Source: the human T2T-CHM13v2.0 reference genome, Homo sapiens
DNA length: 64,000 bases
Reading direction: 5' to 3' (one strand)
Assembly (NCBI RefSeq): GCF_009914755.1
Contig: NC_060936.1
The position numbers were made by a program, and so were the translations under genes. The notes beneath the pieces were generated by a model, which worked only from the letters and a program-made list of their open reading frames with translations, was not told the DNA's origin and searched no databases. Numbering within the stretch: position 1 is the stretch's first letter; each line of letters starts with the position of its first letter. Positions 52,647 through 64,000 of the stretch are shown here, one piece after another.

Positions 52647-53620
52647 TTCCTCCTTCCCCAAACACAACCTAGAATTATGTGGTTTAAAGTGTCTATCTTG
52701 CCAAATCCTGAATTAAATCACACAACAAGAAAAATGGATGTTCTGTTATTCAGATATTATTAATCCTTACCTTAATATTTTCTTTTTAGTACAACATAGT
52801 GAAGTCTAATTTGAAAAAAATAAATATGAGACAGTCAAACATTCCCACAATTTCATTTATTTTAGCACTTCTATTTACATGGTATACATTATATGTAAAA
52901 ATATAGAAAAATTCTGTCTTTCTAGTTTCAATTAAGTTTTTGGGATAGTTACACTATATCCCTAAAAAGATCAGTCAATAGTGAATGCTTTTCTAGCAAA
53001 TCTAAAAATGTTATTTTCTCTTTTAAAAATTATATATTTTCACTCATTTAAAGTGACTAATTCTTTGCTAGTGAAATGAGTTATAAATAGTAATTTTTCT
53101 GTCTGTCAAAGTTACAGGTATTTACTATATTAATTTTCAGCTGACCTAGAACATGGGTTATCAAAAAATGTGAAAATATGTATATTAGATATTCCTAGTT
53201 GATTTTTTTAAGTCTCTAGGCAAGTACAATAATAATAATTTGATTAATATCCAAGTTGCCTGAAAAGTTATCTCCTATTGTAACAACAGTATAATATTCA
53301 CTTATTCTTATAGCAGAAAATGAACAATTAAGAAAGTAGATTTTTGTCTCTATGAACTATCAGTGTTTTTTATTAAGAAAAGTAAGTGTCTTACTTAAAA
53401 ATCCAGTGTCTTTAGATATTAAAAGAAAAAATAACTAATATTTTTTTCCTAATTATAAATATCAGAATAAATATATTCTCCCTGTTATAAAAATACCATT
53501 TACTGGCACAGGGACTGTGGAATCTTTTAAAATCTTAAAAGATTTACAAAAATAATTTATAAAAATATGCAATGGCATTTGAAAGACATATCCAAAAGAT
53601 ATTTTACTTATAAGTTATAA

Positions 53621-53902
53621 TTTTTTTAAGAGACTCTGTTGCCCAGGCTGGAGTTCAGTGACAAGACATGGCTCATTGTAACCTTGAACCCCTGGGCTTA
53701 TGTGATCCTCCCGCCTCAGCCTCTGGAGTAGCTGGGACTACATGTATGGGCAACCATGCCTGGCTAACTTATTAATTTTTTTGTGCGAACAGGGGTGTCG
53801 CTATGTTGCCCAGGCTGGTCTTGAAGCTTTGGCCTCAAGCAGTCCTCCCATCTTGGCCTCCCAAAGTGCTGGGATTACACAGATGATCCAGAACACTTGG
53901 CC
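53621..53902 (-). mobile_element. AluJ
   Basis: 'cctgggcttatgtgatcctcccgcctcagcc', 'cgctatgttgcccaggctggtc'. Confidence 0.93.
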
Positions 53903-54039
53903 CTACTTCTATAATTTTCTCATAATTCTTTTTCCAAACTGCTTGTCAAGCATTGTAGATCTCTAGTTTTATGTGAATGTGCCCTTATATTTTAGATGTA
54001 TCTTTATCTTTTGTAAATGATACTGCCAGATTTTATTAT

Positions 54040-55430
54040 TCAATGTATCTTTTCAACAGTTGAATTTAGTTCATTTACTTTTTAAAATAAATAACATGTT
54101 ATTATTTGCATTTATTTCTACCATTTCACTGTGTACGTTTTGTCTGTTTATCTTAGTGTTTCCTCCTCATTTTTTTGCATTTTTTTCAACTTATGTTTTA
54201 GGTATAAATTTTATTTTTCCCCTCAATTGATTTAAAAGTACATTCCTTATTCTCATCATGCATTGGTCAGAATTTTTACATGCCTGCTTAAGTTAAAATA
54301 TGATATTAATCAATTTATGTATTCTGGAACAACAAAAGGACCTTAGAAAATGTTATAACCTCCCAGTCCTACATGTCATTAATTTCAAAATTGTCATTCT
54401 AATTTTTTTTTTAATCTCACCTAGGTGGCTTAAATAACAGAAATTTATTGTCTTTTTTAGAGTTTTGGAGTCCAGAATCAAGGTGTCGGCAGGATTGGTT
54501 TCTTCCAAGGAGACCCTCTGTTCCAGTCCTTTCTCCTTGGATTGTAGATGGCTCTGTTTCTTTGCATCCTCTTCCCTTTGTGTGTATCTCTAGGTCTAAA
54601 TTTCCCTTTTTTATAAAGATTCCAGTCATATTGGATTGGGGCCCACCCTGCTGACCTCATTTTGTCTTGATTATTTCTGTAATGATCCTATCTCCAAATA
54701 AGGTACACAGAAGGGTTAGGACTTCAGCATACGAATCAGGGGAGGCACAATTCGACTAATAATACTCCCAAAGTTAGACATTATTATTACGACAATTACA
54801 TATTTTTTATTCTCGATGTTTGTTTTACTTTACCCATATTTATCATATTCTTTGCTCTAAAATGTTAGATTCTGAAATATTTCTTTTTGGATTTGATTAC
54901 TTCTCAAAACAAGTTCTTTTAGTGAGGTTCTATTTGTGATAAACCACCCACCTATATCTGAAAATGTCATTATTTTGCCCTAGCTCTTGAATGATAGTTT
55001 ATCTATGTACTCAATTCTAGGTTGACAGTTACTTACTTTCAGACATTTGAAGACACTGTTCTACTGTCTTTTGGCTTCGTTTGTTGCTGTGGGAAGTATC
55101 GTCAGGCCCGTCTTTATTTCTATGTGCATATTACAGCTTTTCCCATAATTGCTTTGAAAATCTCCCTCCTCATTCTTGTTTCTGAATTTTTATTGTTAAG
55201 GGTTTAGGTTGGGGTTAGTTTATATTTATCCAGCTTTGGATTTGTTGAGCATCCCAGAACCTGAAGAATCAGATCTCTTATTAGTTCTAGAAGTTCTCAC
55301 ATATTATTTAAAAATTTTGCTTCTCTCCTTTTTAATTCTCCTCTTTGAACTGGAAGGCATATCTCATTGTATCCCTCATAACTCTTAATCTTTTTCATAT
55401 TTTCCATCTGTTTTTCTGTGACTTTGGAAT
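54040..55430 (-). mobile_element. Old L1M/HAL1 ORF1-region fragment interrupted by MLT1B
   Basis: 'tctgaaaatgtcattattttgccc...ttgaatgatagtt...aattctaggttgacagtt'. Confidence 0.6.
54417..54764 (-). mobile_element. MaLR LTR, MLT1B-like
   Basis: 'ggtggcttaaataacagaaatttattgtct', 'ccagtcatattggattggggcccaccct', 'ctatctccaaataaggt'. Confidence 0.88.
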
Positions 55431-55549
55431 TATTCTTTACCTTCTTGGGAAATCAGCTCGGCATTTGTATTTGTTGAATTTAATCTAATATAAGAATTTT
55501 GTTTGCTAAAGTTTTTCAAGAAAATTATTCTCCATAAATTTTTACTAAT

Positions 55550-56240
55550 CTTTGCAGGGCTTTGCAGGGCTCAGGACAAGTCTATAAATAGAGGCCTAAA
55601 TATCTTATGTCTACATATTTAAACATCATAAATTAAGTCATTAAATATCTTCTCTATTCCAGTCTTGACTATTAAACCTTCATAATGACATGGAAGGTAA
55701 GGCTCGAATTTAGAATTGTACTTTTCATATATTTGTGCTGGAATGTAGTTGCACATAGAAAACCAGCCCCTATCCCAAAGCCCCTGGATTATAGCCTGCA
55801 ATCTACTTCCCTTCTCTACCATCATTGTGTCCATCCCATACTATAGGGGATTTCCCCATTTGCATGTAGATACTACATTCATTTTCATTCATGTAGGCCC
55901 CATCCCTGCCCCAGTAAACAGCTATTCCTTAGCTACCCTTCCAGCTGAGAGATGTGAACAGCAGTCGCTCAGTGGCTCAGGCTGCCTTTAAGATGACCAA
56001 TGCAGGGAGGAGACCTAAGTATGCTGTGGAACAGGCTGAAGTCATATGGGCAGGGAATTTTGGTTCCTGTGTCCCAGGAACATGCTCTAGAAGAGAGACA
56101 GAGACTCTGACAATCGGGTCTCCATGAACACATGTTTTTTTTACCTTGTGAAGATGAATGGAAGAAGGGAAGGACCATTTCAGGCCCTCCAGTGTGCAGG
56201 GCTCATGCATGGGGACCCTCATGCTTAGGCCTATTGCCAT
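55550..56240 (-). mobile_element. MER115-like hAT-Tip100 element
   Basis: ~690 bp; ends '...ggccctccagtgtgcagggctcatgcatggggaccctc'; family name from recall. Confidence 0.55.
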
Positions 56241-56696
56241 TATTGCTGTTATATTACTGGAAATAGAAGGATCCTCATTCATTCCTTAAACAATCAAGGG
56301 CTTTTCCTGAGCCCACTACTTTATTCAAAGTAATCTGTTTGTACACAATGAATTAAACAACAAATATAGCCAAAACGGATCTAGCAATTTCTATTTGCCA
56401 GACAGAGATAGAGCTTATATGTGTTTTCTCATTAACATCTCTTGGTTTTACCACTTTCTATCCATTCTTACTGTCCCTGATTCATTCAGGTCTTTATCTT
56501 TCTCCTAGACTACTGGATTAGCTCCCTGACTACTCTACCTGTCTTATCTGTTAGCATTATACGTTTAGGTCGTTTCTACATTTCTCTATGTGTTGCATGT
56601 TATGGAGCCTTTACTGGCCAAATTGGTAGAATTTTGTGTCCTCCACTGTATGCTGAAATACTGCTATCTGAGCGCTTGAAAAACTGATTATATATG

Positions 56697-57036
56697 CAAT
56701 TGTCCTTCAGTGTCCATGTAGGATTGGTCCCAGGACTTCTTGTGGATACCAAAATTCACAGATGCTCAAGTCTCTTATATAAAATGATGTAGCATTTACA
56801 TATAATCTATGCATATCCTCTTGTATACTTTAAATCACCTCTAGATTACTTATAATACTGAATATAATGTAAATGCTATACAAATAGTAGTTACGTTATT
56901 TAGGAAATAACTACCAGTAAAAAGTCTTTACACGTTTGGCACAGACACAACCTTCTTTTTTTTTTTCCCGAATGTTTCTGATCTGCCATTGGTTGAATCC
57001 ACAAATGAAGAATTCATGGATACAGAGGGCCAATTG
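56697..57036. mobile_element. MER2 (TcMar-Tigger MITE)
   Basis: TIRs 'caattgtccttcagtgtccatg'/'catggatacagagggccaattg'; TA on the right; 'gataccaaaattcacagatgctcaagtc'. Confidence 0.9.
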
Positions 57037-57193
57037 TACTGTATTACTTTACATGTTTGTCTCCTGTTACTGAATGTACTGAATGACGAGCAACTTGTCT
57101 TGAGTGACTGTAGCCTCAGGGGGCCTTGTATATGAGCTATATACCAAGCACTCAGTGAGTTCGGTTTCTAAACAAGTGAATAAGCAATCGAAT

Positions 57194-57775
57194 TCTATTT
57201 TGGTTTTGTTGCCTGTGGTTTTTGAGGTTATATCCAAAAAACCATTGTGTGGACCAATGTCATGGAGTTTTTCCCTAATATTTTCTTCTAGCACTTTCAT
57301 AGTTTCAGATCTTATATTTAAGTCTAAACCATTTTGAGTTTATTTTTCCATATGGTGAGAGAGGAGGGTCTAATTTTATTCTTCTGCATTTGGATATCTA
57401 GTTTTCCCAAAACCATTTATTCAAGTGATTGTCCTTTCCCCATTGTGTGTTCTTAGCACTTTTGTCAACAATGAGTTGGCTGTACACATGGATTTATTTC
57501 TGGGCTCTCTATTTTCTTCCATTGGTCTCTGGGTCTGTTTTTATGCCAGTACCAAGCTGTTTTGGTTACTATGGCTTTGTAGTAAAATAGAACTAATACA
57601 TAACTCAGCAATTCCACTACTGAGTATATATCCAAAGGAAATGAAATACATATGTCAAAGAGATATCTGCACTTCCATGTTTATTGCAAAACTTGTCATA
57701 ATAGTCTGTGAAATCAACCTAAATGTCCATCAATGGATAAATGAATAAAGAAAATGTATGTATATACTCTATTTG
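57194..57775. mobile_element. 5'-inverted L1MA-type fragment (minus 57194-57583, plus 57584-57775)
   Basis: Antisense ORF2 ends '...ttttggttactatggctttgtagta' and abuts sense 'aaatagaacta...cagcaattccactactgagtatatatccaaaggaa'. Confidence 0.88.
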
Positions 57776-60700
57776 AGTACACTTTTTAGGATGGTGTAGG
57801 TGTCTTGCAAGTTGTAAGACAAAGCAGAGTTATGAGGAGGGTTGAATTCCTTAGGAACTTTCATGCCATGCAGAATTGGCGGTGGGTTTGTACTGGGGCT
57901 AATTTCTGCAGGCACCCCTTGTGATGTTCAAGATCCATGTTCTTTATCTAGTAATTTTTTGTTTGCTCTTTTCTTCCCCCGAATAATCCCTCTCTGACAT
58001 TAAGAAAGGAAGAAAAAAAAAAAAAAAAAACTCCAGCATTTTAGAAAGAGCAAAAAAGAGGAATGACACTTCTTAGCAGTCTGACTCAGCGAATGCCTCA
58101 GGCAAACCTTCCCAAGAAGAAAACAGATTTTCTTGCCTTCATATCTTCTCCAGAGAAAGTGAGACCAAAGTGGAGGCTTTCCATTATAGTTCCTTTTTAC
58201 TTTTTTTTTTGCAAATAATATAAGACCATGTGAGTGAATGCCTTTTAAGGTAGCCCATATTATTTCAGTTCATGTCTTGGTTCTTGTGAATTAAAGTCTG
58301 CCTAAGAGAAAACTGTATAAATGATAGCTGTAACTTAAGATGCTACAGAAAGATATAACACAAAAACACACATGAAAGGGGTTTGGTTACAAAAATTAAT
58401 TCATTTATCTATTGCTTTTCTTCATTATGTATTATGTGTTCTTAGTAAATTCAGTATTCAGCCAAATATTCTATTGTTACATTTTTATTGGAATGCAAAG
58501 TCCATTCTACTGACTTCTCCACAGTGCTTAGAAAGACCAATTCTAGGCTCTTCTGGAAGGTTGTTTGATGGCTTCAAAGATAAATACCAGTCACCAGAAA
58601 GTCTCCAATGTGAGCTGTCTCAGGTGCTCTAGCTGCCAGATCATAAACATCAGATTATAAAACTTCATTTAGTATCAGATTCTCATACTTAAGATGCCTG
58701 TTACTTGGCTTGGACAAAATCTCAGTTTGCTAATTGAGAGAATAAATATGTTTACCCAATCTAGTACTTCTATATTGTATAAATATAGTTGTAATTGCAT
58801 CCAAATCAACTTTAAGTTTGGAAAATGTCCATGAGTCAGAATACAAGATGTGAATGTTTAATGGAGACTTTCCTGTAACACAGTTTGTGAAGCATTCTCC
58901 CTCTCCAAAACCCTAGACTCTACCCATCCCTTCCACTCCCACTCCATGGCACTGTGTGTTCTGGCTGTCATGAGTGCTTTCATATTCTTGACTTTATGAC
59001 TTCATTTAAGAAGGCTTCATTAAGGTGTTATTATGTATGGCACTGTTCTGGATGCTGGGATAAACAAGATTAAGTAGGTGTAAACAGATTCTTAATGTAT
59101 TCATGATTTAAAGAAAAGGACAGGTATAAAACCCAGTAATTACAGTGCATGTGTTAAATACAAATTCCAGGTTAACATGACATTGTAAGGGAGCACACAG
59201 GAGAAAAGTGGGTGTGATTACCAAAAGAAAACTAATTCCAGATAAAGCAGATGCCATGAACAAAAGTTTGAGCCATAGCCACACAATATTTAGGTTGATT
59301 GAGCATTGCTCAGGCTTCCAGTACAAAATAAAGAGGGATGAGATTTGAAGCTAACATTCACATGTATTAATTGAACTAATGTAGGTCACTGTGCAGATTG
59401 TGTGAGCCAAACAACACAGCTAGGTCAGCTTGACATCACTCTATGGTGGCCAAAGGAAAGCATGGTAGGGATAAAGGAGGGGGCGAACATAAAAGAGAAA
59501 CATAACTCTACGATATAATTATCTAAATGCCATCTGTTAGGAATTGCCCTTTGTCTTTTAGTATGTGCTAATAGAAAATCTGTACTTTATGAAACAGCAT
59601 CTCCTAACTGTCAATGGCAAATTTGTTTCTGCATATTATACTATTTTATGTGAAAATACTGGAGATATTAGACTGGTAGTCATCAATTACCAAGTTCAGT
59701 TGAACTAAAGAAGAATGAAAAGTGATAAATGTGAGACAGATTCCTCATTACAGAAGAGGCTGCTGGAGAAGGAGCAGAGATTCTCTGTTAGCTTGTCACA
59801 ACGGACAAATAACACATTATTCTGAAACGGAGTTGCTGTTTTATATTTGCTTTGGAAATACTTAGGATATGTTGCATTTGTTCTCCTAGTTCTACAACCC
59901 AAAATCATAGTGGCTTATGCTATTTTACAAGCAATTTTATTTAAATAATAATTTTCTTTAAAGCCCAGAAGCATCACAGTTCAGCACCAACACCTCCCCT
60001 GAAAATTCAATATATTGCCTCAAGCTATATTTTTTTAAATTAAATGTTGTCTAAGATTCATTCATTTTTGTTTGGACAATTGCAAAACCATATTCACTCT
60101 TAAAATTTTTATCCACTGAGAATTGGTGTTTATTTTCCTCAAGATGCCATACAATTCCTAATCTTAAATTTGAAAAAATCAAAAAAGGCAAAATAATTAG
60201 TTCTTCAAAGATGCAAATTTGTGTTTTTTCTATTGTGAAACCATATGGAGTACACCCTCAGACCTGTGCTAAGAAAAGACAGCCAATTTTCTAGATCCTA
60301 TTCATATGCTGGCAATAAATTCAGTCTGAAAAGGATCTGACTGTTAGCTCAGAGGGATGCTAAGAATTTGGGTATGATAATAGGGGTATTATTATTTATT
60401 TTGAATAGCAAAATTAGTAAATTATTATTACCCTGCAGGATATAAAACCTAGTGAAACTAATTTGGAGTCATGGTTAACACCTCGAGGTCTTTGTATCTT
60501 CTTTAAGCTTTTTATCTCTAATTGTGAAGGACTTAGTCTCTAATTAAAGGCTGATAAGAGAGATTTATTTTTCCATTCTTCTTTTTTTGTTTTAGTTATT
60601 TTGCCTTGTATCTGGGAGTAGGTGTGTTTTTTGTCCCTGAAGTCTTCTACAAACTGAGATTATCCCTAAAGGTTAAGAGTCCTTTTAATAATCAAAGATG

Positions 60701-60914
60701 CAGAATTAGAATGAAGGGTATGGTGCTTAAGCTTGCCTTCTAGACCCACATATTGATGGTTTTATGCATTAATAAGTAGAGAAATTATTTTTATGGGTTT
60801 GATCAGCATTTTTACTAGATGGACTTGAGTAGAAATATCAGGGGGTATTGTAAATAGTTAGGGCAGATTTTGTGTTAAATTTTTGTTTCAGTGACATACA
60901 CAAATGAAAAAGGC

Positions 60915-63180
60915 TGCTGGATTTTCCTCAAATACCTGTTCTTTTCTTCTTAAATGATAGACAGCTGCATTTTGACTACATTTCCCAGCCTCCCTCTAGC
61001 TGGGAAAGACCATGTGACTTCCCCCTGAAAGAATATAAACAGAAGGGAAGTATGCTGCTTTGGGGTTGTGCCTTTGAGAGAAGGAAATTTGGCCTCTTTC
61101 TTCTCCTGACTTCTATTTTAGCTGGAATGCAGACATAGTGGTGACAGCTGAAGTAGCAACTTGTATCACTAAATAGAAATCATGTGTTGAAAATGGCAAG
61201 ACAAGAAGATTGAATGACCCTGAAACCCTGATGATTATGGTGCCTCCATATCATCTTTGGACCACCTAGCTGACTTCTAATTAAGACATAAACAAGCATC
61301 TGTCTTGTTTAAGCTTTATTTCGGATTGTCTCTGACCATGGTTAAATTGAGTGGGCCATGGGAACAACACTTAAAAATACTATATTGGCTTAGTGACTAG
61401 GTGGCAGGAAGTGAGGACACAGATATTGGACTGGATAGCTGTTGACAATACGTATATTATGGCAAAACATTTTAGAAAGTTGACTTGGAGAGATCTTGGA
61501 CATAAGACCATTTGCCAACCAAGCCTTTAACTCTTATACTCTTGCTGCCTGCATTGGCTGTTTTGTTTTTAATTTTTAATTTTTTTTCCACATAGCAGAG
61601 TCTTACTAGAGAGACAACTCAAGTTAGAACTAGTCACTTGCAAGGTGAAAAGGAAAAAAATGTAGTTGTGGTAAGATAGGCTTTCTGGGGTTTTTATTTT
61701 TCTTTACTTGTTTTTGGCCTGTGATCTAAATTGACTAGAGTCTTATGATTCAGGGCTTTAAAAATCAATTCTGACAGAAAAACAAAGGCTTCTGTGCCCA
61801 AACTGAGGCAGTGATAAAATGAGTCTCTAAATCAAGAAATAGTCTTAGCAGAAGATAAGTAAGGCTGGACAAAACCATTAAGACTGCCAGACAATAGGAG
61901 CCAGCCCAGTGGGAAACATTAGATTAAGAATGTTGCCTTCCTACTAAAACCAATTGTTTTATTTCTCCTTAAGTTGGTCACTATTAAATTGAGCAAGAAG
62001 GAAATTGACAGGACATGGAAGCAAGTAACTAAAGGCCAAAGTTTTCAGGCTAAAAAACAACATTGAGATGAGAACTTTGGCTTTATTTACTTGCAACCAG
62101 AACTGGTGGAAATAGAGTCTGTGGACCTACCAAAGGTTTTTGCAGTATTGCATTGCCAAAGAAACCTCGGGCCAGGCTTACAAAAGTCTGTCATAGCCTA
62201 CCCGTTCAGGCAAACTGTGTCTCCCTAAACCTGTACCAACCATCAGGAAGAAGCCTGCCAGCATTCTGAGTCATACCAAGTTGGTAAGACTCTCCAATGT
62301 CTACTTCATATCTGGCCATGGAGATAATGGATATGCAAGAACCTCCCTAAAGGCAAAGCCATAAATTCATAGGATAATAACGAAGAAAGGTGTGCAGCAG
62401 AGAGTGGTTCAAAGTGCTTCCAGATAGCTTAACATAGGAAATTACTCCACTGCCATGATATTGAATCCAGTTACTGCTGTATTGTTTCTATTCTTCCTTT
62501 TTAAAAATTGAGCTTTTTAAATATTATGTCTATCCTGTTATTCACCACTATGGTTTAGGTTGGGGAGCAGGGGAAAGATAACTTTAGCAAGATGCAGGAC
62601 CTGAATAGAACTTTTCAGTTGTCTCTCTTGGAGGGTGGGATGGGGAAGAGCATGTTTTAATTGTCGTTGAAAAGTGTGACCTAAATCGGCAGTGATGGCA
62701 GAGACTGAAGTAGACTTCGATATTCATTCTTCTTTTCTATTCCAGAGAAAACTACCTTTCCACCCAAATTCATGCTGTCATGCATACTACAGAGTTGATA
62801 TTGGGAAGTAGGTGCTTATCCAGGGACATTTTTAAGCCCCTTTTGCATCTAAATAGGATCACAAAACTGCTTGCCAATGGATGATATAAAAATGACACAT
62901 TAAATCTGTCATTTCTTGGTGAAGGTGTTTAAGAAACATGAATACTTTCTCCATCCTCTTTTCTTACTTCCTCAACCATGTAAAGAAGAGAACACCTCTC
63001 TCACCTCCCCAGCAATGGAACCCATGTATTAAAGATGGCAGAGCCAGTATAAGCCTATTTCTGTTGACAAATGCCAGACACAGATGAGAAATAAACTTTG
63101 ATTGTGTTTGACCTATTTTTCATTTGAGGAGACCTCTCTTTTTTGTTTTTAAATAGAAGCTAGCATTACCCTAGCCTACA
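60915..63180 (+). mobile_element. MLT1J-like MaLR: LTR (~60915-61340), internal (~61350-62690), LTR (~62693-63180)
   Basis: 'actacatttcccagcctccct', 'ccatgtgact', 'aagatggcagagcca', 'tgagaaataaacttt'. Confidence 0.65.
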
Positions 63181-63184
63181 CATC

Positions 63185-63960
63185 TTTTTCCACCTAATAG
63201 AATATTAACTCAGCTCATGACCACTCAGCTAAAACTGGTATTTTCCAGTCCCTTGTACCTCTAGATGTGACTGCATAATAAAGCCCTGCCAGTAGGATAT
63301 GAACTGAATTGAAACGTATAACTTCTATTGCATGAACTTTAAGGCAAGAGTATGACCTTGCTGTAGTTTGAATAACCCATCCAAAACTCGTGTTGAAATT
63401 TAATTGCTATTGCAACAGTATTAAAGGGTGGAACATTTAAGAGGTAGTTAGGTCTTGAGGGCTCTGGCCTCATGAATAGACAAGTGCTGTTATTGCAGGA
63501 GTGGGTTAGTTATTGTGGAAGTTTGGCCCGTTTTTTTTCTCTCTCACACTCACTTGCCCTTCTACCGTTTTGCCACCTCAGGCCTTTGCCAGATTGGTAC
63601 AATGCTCTTGGACCTCTCAGTCTCCAGAATCATAAGCTAAATAAACTTCTTTTCTTTATAAATTACCCAGTCTGTGGTATTAATGTTATAGCAGAAAAAA
63701 AAGAATATTAAATCATGTCTATCTATTAAATAGTCCCCTCTTTTTTGTTTTTTCCTTTTTGTCATTGATTGAGTGTGGCATGGTGATGGGCAGTGAAGCA
63801 CCTAGCTTAGACAAAAATGTGGTGTAATGAGGAAGGCCAGACACCAAAAGAGAAGAAACCTAGCTCAACATTCCAGGCCTGATTCTTCCATCTGGAACTT
63901 CTCATGAGAGAAATGAACTTCTTTACTTTATATCTCTCTGTTAAAGCATAGGAACACCTG
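63185..63960 (+). mobile_element. Further MLT1J-like LTR split by an MST element
   Basis: 'ttttccagtcccttgta...tagatgtgactgcata'; 'catgagagaaatgaacttct'. Confidence 0.5.
63359..63715 (+). mobile_element. MaLR solo LTR, MSTC/MSTD-like
   Basis: 'aaaactcgtgttgaaatttaatt...gagggctctggcctcatgaat...ttctttataaattacccagtctgtggtat'. Confidence 0.85.
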
Positions 63961-64000
63961 TTCCTGTGCTTAACTTATGCATATATATGTGTGTAGTTGC

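Larger units (their letters stand above)
50158..52710. mobile_element. MER20 hAT MITE split by THE1B (pieces ~50158-50285 and ~52647-52710)
   Basis: 'cagtgattctcaacc...gattttgcccc...gggacatttggcaatgtct' and 'cacaacctagaattat...aaagtgtctat'. Confidence 0.8.

Noticed and set aside
58500-58625. Plus-strand exon-like segment (ctgac...ctccacag acceptor, AAT|GTGAGC donor)
   Set aside because: An isolated ~86-nt candidate with no partner exons or recognisable peptide; such pseudo-exons are common.

Overview
This window is simian-primate (most likely human or great-ape) nuclear DNA, not prokaryotic. It is AT-rich, CpG-depleted and dominated by interspersed repeats: about 14 Alus (J, S and Y subfamilies), a near-full-length ~6.2-kb L1MA5-like LINE and several L1 fragments, old L2/MIR/CR1 relics, MaLR elements (a two-LTR THE1B provirus, MST, several MLT1 types), ERV solo LTRs (LTR18B-, MER4A-, MER93-, LTR47- and MER74-like) and DNA-transposon MITEs (MER5, MER3, MER20, MER2, MER115). 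I found no credible cellular protein-coding exon, tRNA/rRNA gene or CRISPR array. The ORF-track calls are repeat-derived or chance ORFs; the longest (203 aa) is the known decayed MaLR internal ORF. The region reads as intergenic or deep intronic, and I cannot name the locus. I see no convincing new biological system. The best leads are: (1) an unexplained 25-bp-stem, pre-miRNA-sized hairpin at 40644-40705; (2) several templated duplication/inversion scars, the largest at 1866-2038; (3) an L1 whose 5' end is fused directly to ORF2; (4) tail-less Alus in close inverted pairs; (5) LTRs with intact DUX4, AP-1/D-box and NF-kB motifs; (6) two possible minus-strand cryptic exons. Repeat subfamily names come from recalled consensus sequences and need RepeatMasker/Dfam confirmation. 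Boundaries of old repeats are approximate.
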